NCBI GenBank assembly: GCA_036383255.1
Contig: DASVOS010000009.1
Coordinates: 47,287 to 111,286 of the forward strand
Direction: 5' to 3'
Length of the DNA stretch: 64,000 nucleotides
Origin: Gammaproteobacteria bacterium
GTDB taxonomy: Bacteria; Pseudomonadota; Gammaproteobacteria; Natronospirales; REEB76
Of the stretch, positions 1 through 8,177 are shown in pieces. A program made the position numbers and the translations under genes. The notes beneath the pieces are model-generated. The model worked only from the letters and a program-made list of their open reading frames with translations. It searched no databases and was not told the DNA's origin. Within the stretch, counting starts at the first letter, position 1; every line of letters starts with the position of its first letter.

Positions 1-2
1 GC

Positions 3-1547
3 ATGGCGAAGGCGGGGGAGAAGACCAAGCTCCTCAACGGCCAGGTCTACGAAGCCCAGCACGACGTGCTGGTGATCGCCGACAAGAGCCGGCTGCAGGG
101 CTTCGCGGGGATCATGGGTGGCGGTGAGTCCAACGTGACCGCCGGCACCACCGATGTACTCCTGGAAGCTGCGTTCTTCACGCCCGCCGCCATCAGCGGC
201 CGCCCGCGGCGCATGGACCTGCTCACGGATGCTGCCTACCGCTTCGAGCGGGGCGTGGATCCGACGGGACAAGCCCGCGCCATCGAGCGCGCCACCCAGC
301 TCATCCTCGAGATTGCCGGCGGCCAGCCGGGCCCCGTGAGCGTGGTCACGGCTGAGGCGACCCGCTTCCAGGGCGCGCCCATAAGGCTGCGCCGTGCGCG
401 CCTCGCCGCACTGCTCGGCATCAGCGTGCCGGACAAGGAGGTGGAGGGCATCCTCACGCGCCTCGGGTTCATGGTGAAGGCGGACAAGGAAGGGTGGATG
501 GCTACCGCGCCCAGCCACCGCTTCGACATCGAGATCGAGGAAGATCTGATCGAGGAGGTGGGCCGGGTCCACGGCTACGACCGGATTCCGGCACTCCAGT
601 ACCCCTCGCGCCAGGGCATGGCGCCTCTGCCGGAAGCCCGGGTGGACTTAAGGCGCCTGCGGCAGGTCTTGGTGGAGCGGGGCTACCAAGAGGTGGTGAC
701 CTACAGCTTCGTGGACGCAGGCCTGCAGGCCCAGGTCTACGGGTCCAACGGTATGGCCCTACCGCTCGCCAACCCCATCACCGCAGACATGGCCGAGATG
801 CGCATGGGCCTGTGGCCTGGGCTGCTCAAGGTCTTGCAGTACAACCTGAACCGGCAGCAAGACCGCGTCCGGGTATTTGAGACTGGTTTGATATTCTATT
901 CGCAAGCCGATGATATAAAACAAGAAAATATCATCGCTGGACTGGTCTCCGGACCCGAGTTCCCACTCCAGTGGGGTGAGACGGACCGGCCGGTGGATTT
1001 CGCCGATCTCAAGGGCGATATCGAGGCGCTGCTGAGGCCCGCTGGGGCTGCCGGCCGCCTGGAGGTCCAGGCTTCGGCTTTGGGTGCCCTGCATCCCGGC
1101 CAGTCAGCCCGGTTGATGCTGGATGGAAGGGAACTGGGCTGGATGGGTTCCGTGCACCCCAGGCTGGTCAAGGCACTGGACCTGCCTCAGGGTGCCCTAG
1201 TGTTCGAAATCCGCCTGGAGATGCTTTTAGGGGGCAAAATCCCGGCTTTTGAGCCAATCTCCCGGTTCCCGGCGGTAAGGCGGGACTTGGCGGTGGTAGT
1301 GGAAGAGAAGGTTACGGCTGGGCAACTTTTGGCCATGGCCCGGGAGGCCGCCGGGAGCCTGCTCCAAGAGGCCAGGATCTTCGATATCTACCGTGGTCCG
1401 GGCATAGATTCTGGACGAAAAAGCGTCGCTTTAGGCTTGATTTTACAAGACTCTTCGCGCACTCTTACTGACGAAGACGCTGATGGGACCATGCAGCGGG
1501 TGGCTGACCGTCTCCGGCGGGATTTGGGCGCAACAATACGAGATTAA
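3..1547 (+). CDS. pheT: phenylalanine--tRNA ligase beta subunit, C-terminal 514 aa (5' end lies outside the window)
   Basis: The ORF is open to the window edge. The translation reads like the C-terminal half of PheRS beta (e.g. FDIYRGPGIDSGRKSVALGLILQ). It is directly followed by ihfA, the conserved proteobacterial arrangement. Confidence 0.9.
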   Translation: MAKAGEKTKLLNGQVYEAQHDVLVIADKSRLQGFAGIMGGGESNVTAGTTDVLLEAAFFTPAAISGRPRRMDLLTDAAYRFERGVDPTGQARAIERATQLILEIAGGQPGPVSVVTAEATRFQGAPIRLRRARLAALLGISVPDKEVEGILTRLGFMVKADKEGWMATAPSHRFDIEIEEDLIEEVGRVHGYDRIPALQYPSRQGMAPLPEARVDLRRLRQVLVERGYQEVVTYSFVDAGLQAQVYGSNGMALPLANPITADMAEMRMGLWPGLLKVLQYNLNRQQDRVRVFETGLIFYSQADDIKQENIIAGLVSGPEFPLQWGETDRPVDFADLKGDIEALLRPAGAAGRLEVQASALGALHPGQSARLMLDGRELGWMGSVHPRLVKALDLPQGALVFEIRLEMLLGGKIPAFEPISRFPAVRRDLAVVVEEKVTAGQLLAMAREAAGSLLQEARIFDIYRGPGIDSGRKSVALGLILQDSSRTLTDEDADGTMQRVADRLRRDLGATIRD

Positions 1548-1550
1548 GTA

Positions 1551-1853
1551 ATGGCGCTGACCAAAGCCGAGATGGCCGAGGCCCTGTTCCAGGAGCTTGG
1601 CCTGAACAAGCGCGAGGCCAAGGAGCTGGTGGACCTGTTCTTCGAGGAGGTCCGCCTCGCCCTGGCCGAGGGCCGGCAGGTCAAGCTGTCCGGGTTCGGC
1701 AATTTCGACCTCCGCAAGAAGAACCAGAGGCCGGGGCGCAACCCCAAGACGGGGGAGGAGATCCCCATCACCGCCCGCCGGGTGGTGACCTTCCGTCCGG
1801 GACAGAAGCTCAAGGCACGGGTGGAGACATATGCTGGAAGCCGGGAACAATAG
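1551..1853 (+). CDS. ihfA: integration host factor alpha subunit
   Basis: 100 aa. [10 protein letters not shown]...[41 protein letters not shown] is the IHF/HU fold signature. Sits 3 nt after pheT. Confidence 0.95.
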   Translation: MALTKAEMAEALFQELGLNKREAKELVDLFFEEVRLALAEGRQVKLSGFGNFDLRKKNQRPGRNPKTGEEIPITARRVVTFRPGQKLKARVETYAGSREQ

Positions 1854-2187
1854 CGAGCTCCCCCCGATTCCGGGGAAGCGCTACTTCACCATCGGTGAGG
1901 TGAGCGACCTGTGCGGCGTGAAGCCGCACGTGCTGCGCTATTGGGAGCAGGAGTTCCCCCAGCTCAAGCCCGTGAAGCGCCGGGGCAACCGCCGCTACTA
2001 CCAGCGCCACGACGTGCTGGTGATCCGCCAGATCCGCAGCCTCTTGTACGAACAGGGCTTCACCATCGGCGGCGCCCGCCAGCAGCTCTCCAGCGACGGC
2101 GCCAAGCAGGACATCACCCAGAGCCACCAGATCGTGCGCCAGATGCGCGTCGAGCTGGAAGAGCTTCTCCAGCTTCTGAAGCGCTGA
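1831..2187 (+). CDS. MerR-family transcriptional regulator (the small conserved one found downstream of ihfA)
   Basis: 118 aa. [25 protein letters not shown] is a MerR-type helix-turn-helix. Overlaps the ihfA 3' end by 23 nt. Confidence 0.8.
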   Translation: MLEAGNNSELPPIPGKRYFTIGEVSDLCGVKPHVLRYWEQEFPQLKPVKRRGNRRYYQRHDVLVIRQIRSLLYEQGFTIGGARQQLSSDGAKQDITQSHQIVRQMRVELEELLQLLKR

Positions 2188-2211
2188 TAAGGCGCTGAAT
2201 CTCAAACGGGT

Positions 2212-2240
2212 TTAGCGGAATCTTAGGCTTGGCGTATAAT
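2212..2240 (+). promoter_or_regulatory. sigma70-like promoter candidate for tRNA-Pro
   Basis: TTAGCG (2212-2217), 17-nt spacer, TATAAT (2235-2240), about 50 nt upstream of the tRNA 5' end. Confidence 0.45.
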
Positions 2241-2288
2241 TACGCCCCTGCCAAGGGCCCGTCCGGGCCATCAGTCAGTTGAATCAGT

Positions 2289-2365
2289 CGGGGCGTAGCG
2301 CAGTCTGGTAGCGCACTTGCATGGGGTGCAAGGGGTCGGAGGTTCAAATCCTCTCGTCCCGACCA
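2289..2365 (+). tRNA. tRNA-Pro, anticodon GGG
   Basis: 77 nt, CGGGGCGTAGCGCAGTCTGGTAGCGCACTTGCATGGGGTGCAAGGGGTCGGAGGTTCAAATCCTCTCGTCCCGACCA. Acceptor stem CGGGGCG/CGTCCCG, D-loop AGTCTGGTA, anticodon loop ATGGGGT, T-loop TTCAAAT, encoded CCA. Confidence 0.9.
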
Positions 2366-2440
2366 ATTCAACTTCAAAACACCTAAATGGGTTCAGAAAG
2401 GGCAAGTCCCTCCGGCTAAGAGAGGATTTGAACCTCCGAA
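2350..2440 (+). repeat. copy A of a 91-nt direct repeat (tRNA 3' T-stem/acceptor plus downstream sequence ending in an inverted T-arm copy)
   Basis: The sequence CCTCTCGTCCCGACCAATTCAACTTC...GAGAGGATTTGAACCTCCGAA recurs at 2545-2635 with a single mismatch (period 195 nt). Positions 2421-2439 are the reverse complement of the tRNA T-arm. Confidence 0.85.
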
Positions 2441-2470
2441 CCTTTTATTTCGGGGTCGGAGGTTCGTTTT
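2430..2470 (+). terminator. hairpin plus T-run, candidate tRNA-Pro terminator built from inverted and direct T-arm copies
   Basis: GAACCTCCGAACC (2430-2442), loop TTTTATTT, CGGGGTCGGAGGTTC (2451-2465), then GTTTT. Confidence 0.45.
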
Positions 2471-2544
2471 GCCCTACGCATCAGCCCCGGGCAAAACTCC
2501 GGGACCCACATCCCTGTGGGCCCGCCGGATGCTTCGCATCCGGC

Positions 2545-2635
2545 CCTCTCGTCCCGACCAATTCAACTTCAAAACACCTAAATGGGTTCAGAAAGGGTAA
2601 GTCCCTCCGGCTAAGAGAGGATTTGAACCTCCGAA
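2545..2635 (+). repeat. copy B of the 91-nt direct repeat
   Basis: 90/91 identical to 2350-2440 by eye. Preceded by a 5' T-stem half copy (GGGGTCGGAGGTTC, 2452-2465) and a 79-nt filler. Confidence 0.85.
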
Positions 2636-2667
2636 ACGATATATGCGGGGTCGGGGGTTCAGCTTTT
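2625..2667 (+). terminator. second hairpin plus T-run of the same design (degenerate)
   Basis: GAACCTCCGAA, loop, CGGGGTCGGGGGTTC (2646-2660), then AGCTTTT. Confidence 0.3.
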
Positions 2668-2716
2668 GCGCTCTCTCGCTATCTATCCCTGCTCCGCGTG
2701 GCGCTGTGCGTCTCGC

Positions 2717-2740
2717 CCTCTCGTACCGATTGAAAATTCA
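2717..2740 (+). repeat. degenerate third copy of the tRNA 3' end
   Basis: CCTCTCGTACCGATTGAAAATTCA versus CCTCTCGTCCCGACCAATTCA. Preceded by a third 5' T-stem half copy (GGGGTCGGGGGTTC, 2647-2660). Confidence 0.6.
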
Positions 2741-2856
2741 AGCTGGCTGTCACAAAAGATTCATGAACCTACCCGTCTATCAGATGGATGGGAGGGACTA
2801 GCCAATGGATGCGGGGGTGCCCAGTATCTTGCTCGACGTCGGGTCATGGTTCAGAC

Positions 2857-2890
2857 AAAAAAGCCCGGCTCGCGCCGGGCTTTTCGTTTC
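2857..2890. terminator. bidirectional rho-independent terminator
   Basis: AAAAAA-AGCCCGGC-TCGC-GCCGGGCT-TTTT. Lies immediately 3' of the minus-strand gene ending at 2905. Confidence 0.6.
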
Positions 2891-2904
2891 TGCATGCATG
2901 AAGC

Positions 2905-3363
2905 TCACGAGTTGGGTTTGGCTTCCTGGGCCTCCTGCAGGTACTTCACCACGTCCTTGGCTTCGCCCTGAGCACCCTTCACGCTGTCCTTCTTGAGCGA
3001 GTCCTTGGCTTCGGTGAGCGCCTTGTCCAGCTTCTTGTGCTGGTCGCTCTTGCTGTCCACGTCGTTCATGGCGCCCTTGCCCATGCCCTTGCAGGGATCC
3101 TCGGCATTGGCGTTGTACTCAGGACCCTGCGGACCCACCAGGCAATTCACCACGTGCTGCATGTGCTCATGCACCATCTTGATGTCGCCGCTGCTGGCGG
3201 ACATCTGGGCGTGAGTGAGGGCGGTGGATATCTCCTTGGAGATGTCCACGCCGGAGCTGCCGGGGTTCATGCCGGTATCGGGCGCGCCGGCGGCGAAGCC
3301 GGCGCTGGCCAGCAGCAGGGCGGGCAGGGCGGATATCAAAACGGTCTTGTGTTTCATGGTCAC
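2905..3363 (-). CDS. hypothetical secreted protein, His/Met/Lys-rich, two Cys
   Basis: 152 aa. The N-terminal signal peptide (KTVLISALPALLLASAGFAAG) is followed by a helical-looking, charged sequence with HEHMQH and two cysteines. I do not recognise a family. The start could be the MKHK methionine, 2 codons in. Confidence 0.55.
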   Translation of the reverse strand: MTMKHKTVLISALPALLLASAGFAAGAPDTGMNPGSSGVDISKEISTALTHAQMSASSGDIKMVHEHMQHVVNCLVGPQGPEYNANAEDPCKGMGKGAMNDVDSKSDQHKKLDKALTEAKDSLKKDSVKGAQGEAKDVVKYLQEAQEAKPNS

Positions 3364-3471
3364 TCCTTCGGTCGGTTCAGGGTACGCGATGCATCGCGGC
3401 TGCGCGCAGGCGGCCCATGTGCATGCGAAGTGGCTATTAAAACCCCCTCGCGCTGAAAAGGTCGAACCGAA

Positions 3472-3500
3472 TTGACAGTTGCGGCTGCGGCGTACTTAAT
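3472..3500 (+). promoter_or_regulatory. sigma70-like promoter candidate for the acyl-CoA dehydrogenase gene
   Basis: TTGACA (3472-3477), 17-nt spacer, CTTAAT (3495-3500), 26 nt before the ATG at 3526. Confidence 0.35.
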
Positions 3501-3525
3501 GTGTCGGTGAATGTCGTGAGGCGCC

Positions 3526-5130
3526 ATGAACGGAAACGTAGAGTTCTTCCAGGAAGGACCTGAATTGGGTAACCAATATCAGGATGACGAGGCGCTGCGC
3601 GCGTGGCTAGGCCGGCGCGTGCCTGAGACGATGCTGTCCGGCATCGAGCCAGGCCTGGCGAACCTGGGCGCGCGGGCGGCAGGCGAGATGCTGGCGCTCA
3701 CGGCGGCGGCGGAGGCGCAGCCGCCGCGTCACGTGCCCTACGATGCCTGGGGCCGACGCGTGGACCGCATCGAAGTGTCGGATGCTTGGAAGGCGCTGCA
3801 TCGCATCGCCGCGGAGGAGGGCATCGTCGCCACCGCCTACGAACGCAAACAAGGGGAATGGTCGCGCCTGCACCAGTTCGTGCGCCTGCATCTCTATACG
3901 CCGTCTTCCGCCATCTATTCCTGCCCGCTGGCCATGACCGACGGCGCGGCACGCACGCTTGAGCTGTTCGGCGACGCACTACTGAAGCAGGACGTGCTGC
4001 CGCATCTCGTCAGCCGCGATCCGCGGGCGTTCTGGACCTCGGGGCAGTGGATGACGGAGCGTAGCGGCGGCTCGGACGTGAGCGGCACCTCCACCGAAGC
4101 GCGGCTCGAAGACGGCCGCTGGCGGCTCCATGGCACCAAGTGGTTCACCTCCGCCACCACCTCCGAAGTCGCCGTGACCTTGGCGCGGGACCCGGAGGCA
4201 GAGGGACGCCTGAGCCTCTATCTCCTGCAGCTGCGCGACGCGGAGGGCAAGCTGAACGAGATCTTCGTGCACCGGCTCAAGCCCAAGCTGGGCACCTGGG
4301 CGCTGCCCACCGCGGAGCTCACGCTGCAGGGCACGCCGGCAGTGCGCATCGGCGAGCCGGGAAAGGGCGTGAAACAGATCGCGACGGTGCTGAACATCAC
4401 GCGCCTCTATAACGCGGTCTCCGCCGTGAGTTACATGCGCCGTGGCCTGGCGCTGGCGGTGGATTACGCCGGCAAGCGCCTCGCCTTCGGCAAGCCCATC
4501 CTCGAGCAGCCCCTGCATCATGAGACCCTCTCGGAACTGGATGCGGAGTACACCGGGGCCCTGCACCTGGTGCTGCACCTGGGCGTGCTGCTCGGCCGCG
4601 GCGAGACGGGCAAGGGCACGCCGGCGGAGACCGCGCTGCTGCGTCTGCTCACGCCAGTCGCGAAGCTGTATACCGCCAAGCAGTCCATCGCCACCGCCAG
4701 CGAAGTGCTGGAGTGCTTCGGCGGCGCGGGGTATATAGAGGACACGGGCCTGCCGCGGCTGTTGCGGGACTGCCAGGTGCTCTCCATCTGGGAGGGCACC
4801 ACCAATGTGCTGTCCCTGGACGTGCTGCGGGCGCTGGAGGACCCGGCGTCCTTCAAGGCCTACGCGGCGGACGTGGCTGCGCGCACCGCGGCCATGCAGG
4901 GCAAGGAGCTCGCCGGGTTCCGCGACCAGATCACCGCCGGGGTCGAGGCCATGGGGACCTGGCTCAAGGGTGCGGCGCAGGACCGTGAAGCGCTGGAGCG
5001 GGGCGCGCGGCGCCTGGCCTTCAGCATGGCGCGTACTTACACCGCCTCACTGCTGGGCCTGGCTGCTGCCGAAGGGTGGATGGAGCCGGACGTGCTGCGC
5101 CACTGGTGCCGGACGCTGCCGCGCGGCTAG
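3526..5130 (+). CDS. acyl-CoA dehydrogenase family protein (AidB-like long form)
   Basis: 534 aa. The middle and C-terminal ACAD domains are recognisable (GQWMTERSGGSDV, ECFGGAGYIEDTGLPRLLRDCQVLSIWEGTTNV). Confidence 0.85.
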   Translation: MNGNVEFFQEGPELGNQYQDDEALRAWLGRRVPETMLSGIEPGLANLGARAAGEMLALTAAAEAQPPRHVPYDAWGRRVDRIEVSDAWKALHRIAAEEGIVATAYERKQGEWSRLHQFVRLHLYTPSSAIYSCPLAMTDGAARTLELFGDALLKQDVLPHLVSRDPRAFWTSGQWMTERSGGSDVSGTSTEARLEDGRWRLHGTKWFTSATTSEVAVTLARDPEAEGRLSLYLLQLRDAEGKLNEIFVHRLKPKLGTWALPTAELTLQGTPAVRIGEPGKGVKQIATVLNITRLYNAVSAVSYMRRGLALAVDYAGKRLAFGKPILEQPLHHETLSELDAEYTGALHLVLHLGVLLGRGETGKGTPAETALLRLLTPVAKLYTAKQSIATASEVLECFGGAGYIEDTGLPRLLRDCQVLSIWEGTTNVLSLDVLRALEDPASFKAYAADVAARTAAMQGKELAGFRDQITAGVEAMGTWLKGAAQDREALERGARRLAFSMARTYTASLLGLAAAEGWMEPDVLRHWCRTLPRG

Positions 5131-5972
5131 TGGGAAGCCCGGGCCGCGCGCTGTGGGAAGATGAGGATGCCGGCCACGATCAGCACCACCAGCACCGCCG
5201 ATGCGGCATAGCGGCTCAGAGCCAAGCCGCCCTGGTCATGGGGCTTGTCGAGGAAATCCCCCACCACCGCGCCGAGGGGCCGCGTGAGGATGAACGCCGT
5301 CCAGAACAGCAGCGTGTGATCCAGCTTCGTCCAGAGATACGCCGCCGCCGCCAACAGCAGCAGCCCGCCGAAGATCGCCGCTGCGCCGAGATAACCCAAG
5401 CCCGCCGAGTCCGCGGTCCAGTCGCCCAACGCGGTGCCCAGGGTCTGGGAGAACATGATGGTGATCCAGTAGAACATCTCGGCCTTGGGTGTGCTTACGC
5501 TCGTGATGGAGACAGAACCCAGGGTGCGATGCCAGAGGAACAGCGAGCCCAGCACCAGCGCCAGCAGCAGCGAGCTGCCGCCGGCGTAGCCGATGCCGAG
5601 GGAGCGGTCGGCGAAGTCCGCGAGTGTGGTGCCCACGGTGGTGGTGGCGATGATGGTGGCCCAATAGAGGAAGGGGCGGAAACCCCGGGCCCTGACCTGT
5701 GCCAGGACGAAGCCGATGAAGATCACCGCGAAGATGGCGGTACCTGCGAGGTAGCCCAAACCCATGGACATGGAGACCGCGTCGCCGCCGGTCTCGCCCA
5801 GGGTGGTGGCGAAGACCTTGATGGCCCAGAAGACCAGGGTGACTTCCGGTACCTTGCTCAGGGCATGTCGGGCGTCGTCTCTCATGTCCTGGATATGAGA
5901 CCATAGCGCGCCCTCCGATACCAATCCGTCCATGGCATCCGACCTCCTCGTCAGCGTCCAGGGTTTGAGCAA
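5127..5972 (-). CDS. polytopic membrane protein (COG4705-like, internally repeated TLGxxxGD motif)
   Basis: 281 aa and very hydrophobic, with repeated motifs TLGETGGD, TLADFADR and TLGTALGDW. An alternative start at the MDGLV methionine (5933) would remove most of the overlap with the divergent ABC-F gene. Confidence 0.65.
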   Translation of the reverse strand: MLKPWTLTRRSDAMDGLVSEGALWSHIQDMRDDARHALSKVPEVTLVFWAIKVFATTLGETGGDAVSMSMGLGYLAGTAIFAVIFIGFVLAQVRARGFRPFLYWATIIATTTVGTTLADFADRSLGIGYAGGSSLLLALVLGSLFLWHRTLGSVSITSVSTPKAEMFYWITIMFSQTLGTALGDWTADSAGLGYLGAAAIFGGLLLLAAAAYLWTKLDHTLLFWTAFILTRPLGAVVGDFLDKPHDQGGLALSRYAASAVLVVLIVAGILIFPQRAARASH

Positions 5973-7725
5973 GTCCTACGGGCTGCAGAACCTTTTCTCG
6001 GGCATCACCCTGAGTTTCCACGCGGGGGAGAAGCTGGGCCTCATCGGGCCCAACGGCTCCGGCAAGTCCACGCTGCTCAGGATCCTGGCGGACGTGGAGA
6101 CCCCCGACGAAGGGCAGGTGGCACGGGCCGGTTCCACCCATCTCGTGTACCTGCCTCAAGAAGACAGGTTCTCCGCCGGCGCCACCGTGGAGTCGGCGCT
6201 GCTGGATGCGCTGCCGGCACACCAGAGGGATGCCGGACTCAACTCCATCCGCGATCTCCTGCGGGAGATGGCCTTCGCGGACCTGGGGCAGAAGGTGGAT
6301 TCCCTCTCGGGCGGCTGGCGCAAGCGCCTGGCTGTCGCCTGCGCGCTGGTGCAGGAGCCGGACCTTTTGCTGCTGGACGAGCCTACCAATCACCTGGACC
6401 TGGAAGGCATCCTGTGGCTGGAAGCGCTGCTGAAGTCGGCGCGCTTCGCCTTCGTGCTGGTGAGCCACGACCGTTACTTCCTGGAGAACGCCACCAACCG
6501 CATCGTGGAACTGAACCGCCGCTATCCGGACGGTTATCTGCGGGTGGAAGGCAACTACAGCGAATTCCTGCAGCGGCGCCTCGCGGTCTTCGACCAGCAG
6601 GACCGCGAGGAGCGGGTTTTGGAGAACACGTTCCGCCGCGAGCTGGAGTGGCTGCGGCGGGGACCCAAGGCCCGCACCACCAAGGCCAAGGGGCGCATCG
6701 ATGCCGCCTATGAGCTGAAGGACGAGCTGCAGGCCACCCGCGGCCGCAACGCACTGACGAGATCCGCCGAGATCGAGTTCGACGCCACCGGCCGCAGGAC
6801 CCGCAAGCTGGTGGAGCTCAAGGACGTGACAGTGGAGCGGGGCGGGCGGCGGCTGTTTTCCGGACTGGACCTCACGCTGGGGCCGGGCAGCTGTGTCGGG
6901 GTGCTGGGGCGCAATGGCAGCGGCAAGAGCAGCCTGATCCAGCTCCTGCGAGGCGAGCTCAAGCCCAGTGCCGGCAGCATCACCTGGGCGGACGACCTCA
7001 AGGTGGTGAGCTTCGACCAGAAGCGCGAGCAGCTGGACCGGAGCCTCACCCTGAAGCAGGCGCTCTCGCCCACCGGCGAGAGCGTGATGTTCCAGGGCAA
7101 GCCCCTGCACGTGAGCGCCTGGGCCCGGCGCTTCCTGTTCCCCACCGAGAAGCTCGGGCTGCCGGTGGCGCGGCTCTCGGGCGGCGAGCAGGCGCGGGTG
7201 CTGATCGCGCGGCTGATGCTGCAGCCCGCCGACCTGCTGCTGCTGGACGAGCCCACCAACGACCTGGACATCGCGACGCTGGAGGTGCTGGAAGATAGCC
7301 TGGCGGAGTTCCCGGGTGCGCTGGTGCTCATCACCCACGACCGCTTCCTCATGGACCGCCTGAGCGACCGGCTGCTGTACCTGGACGGGAGCGGCCACGT
7401 CACGTTCTTCGCGGACTACGCTCAATGGCTGGAAGCGCGCCGCAGTGCGGTGCCGGCGCCGATGGCATCGCAGGCGGTGGCGCCGGCCAGGAAGCCCGCC
7501 GCGCCCGGTTTGAGCTATGAAGAGAAGAAGGAGCTCGACCGGATGGAGAAGAGGATCGAGAAGGCCGAGGCGGAAGTGAACGCCATCCAGGAACGGCTGC
7601 ACGACCCTGCCATCATGAGCGACGCGGCGAAGCTCAAGGAGATCTACGGCAGCCTGGAAGCCGCCCGGACCAAGGTGGCGGAACTGTACACGCGCTGGCA
7701 GGAATTGGAATCCCGCAATGCGTGA
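5932..7725 (+). CDS. uup: ABC-F family ATPase (Uup-like, two ABC domains plus a C-terminal coiled coil)
   Basis: 597 aa. Two Walker A sites (GPNGSGKST, GRNGSGKSS), two LSGG signatures and a charged helical tail (EEKKELDRMEKRIEKAEAEV). No membrane domain. Confidence 0.8.
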   Translation: MASDLLVSVQGLSKSYGLQNLFSGITLSFHAGEKLGLIGPNGSGKSTLLRILADVETPDEGQVARAGSTHLVYLPQEDRFSAGATVESALLDALPAHQRDAGLNSIRDLLREMAFADLGQKVDSLSGGWRKRLAVACALVQEPDLLLLDEPTNHLDLEGILWLEALLKSARFAFVLVSHDRYFLENATNRIVELNRRYPDGYLRVEGNYSEFLQRRLAVFDQQDREERVLENTFRRELEWLRRGPKARTTKAKGRIDAAYELKDELQATRGRNALTRSAEIEFDATGRRTRKLVELKDVTVERGGRRLFSGLDLTLGPGSCVGVLGRNGSGKSSLIQLLRGELKPSAGSITWADDLKVVSFDQKREQLDRSLTLKQALSPTGESVMFQGKPLHVSAWARRFLFPTEKLGLPVARLSGGEQARVLIARLMLQPADLLLLDEPTNDLDIATLEVLEDSLAEFPGALVLITHDRFLMDRLSDRLLYLDGSGHVTFFADYAQWLEARRSAVPAPMASQAVAPARKPAAPGLSYEEKKELDRMEKRIEKAEAEVNAIQERLHDPAIMSDAAKLKEIYGSLEAARTKVAELYTRWQELESRNA

Positions 7726-7733
7726 AGGCGGTC

Positions 7734-8063
7734 TCAGCAGCTGTCGCCGCTGAACCTGGTGCCGTCGAAACGGCAATGCACGAGGATGTCGCTCTCGTCC
7801 GAGAGCTCGAAGTCGCGGACGTAGCGCTGGCCTCCCACGTCGGCTTCCAGGCTGTGGGCACCGTAGTCGATGTCCCAGTTGCAGCTCGCCTGTGAACGGG
7901 CCGTGCAGGGCTTGCCGCCGTCCAACTTGAACAACACGTCGCCGGCAGTGAGGTTGTCGACACGCACGCTGTAGGTGATGCCGAGTTCAGGCGCCGTGGC
8001 GGCCGCGAGGCAAGGCGCGAGCAGGAGCGCGAGTCCGATGATCCGTCGCATGGAAAACCCCAT
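7734..8063 (-). CDS. hypothetical small secreted Cys-containing protein
   Basis: 109 aa. Signal peptide RRIIGLALLLAPCLAAATA; five Cys in the mature part. No family recognised. Confidence 0.5.
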   Translation of the reverse strand: MGFSMRRIIGLALLLAPCLAAATAPELGITYSVRVDNLTAGDVLFKLDGGKPCTARSQASCNWDIDYGAHSLEADVGGQRYVRDFELSDESDILVHCRFDGTRFSGDSC

Positions 8064-8177
8064 CCCTATGCAGCGTCTCTTGCCCTAAGCATACCCACGG
8101 CGGCCGAGCCCTGGCCAGCCCGGCTGGCGCTATACTGATGGCCTGAGAAGGGGTGGCGGTAAAGGGGGCCACGTGCC

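Noticed and set aside
2317-2733. A 138-aa plus-strand ORF beginning inside tRNA-Pro and running through the tandem repeats.
   Set aside because: It starts within a tRNA gene. Its internally repeated peptide simply mirrors the DNA repeat, and there is no ribosome-binding site. The region is better explained as non-coding tRNA-derived repeats and hairpins.
5236-7776. An 846-aa minus-strand ORF antisense to the ABC-F (uup-like) gene. Similar long antisense ORFs lie at 18776-20962, 24572-25882, 33671-34645, 39365-40540, 40854-41927, 45619-46947 and 55367-57607.
   Set aside because: The reasoning is the same. Each lies opposite a motif-bearing gene, is Arg/Ala/Gly/Pro/His-rich, and has no start context or domain signature.
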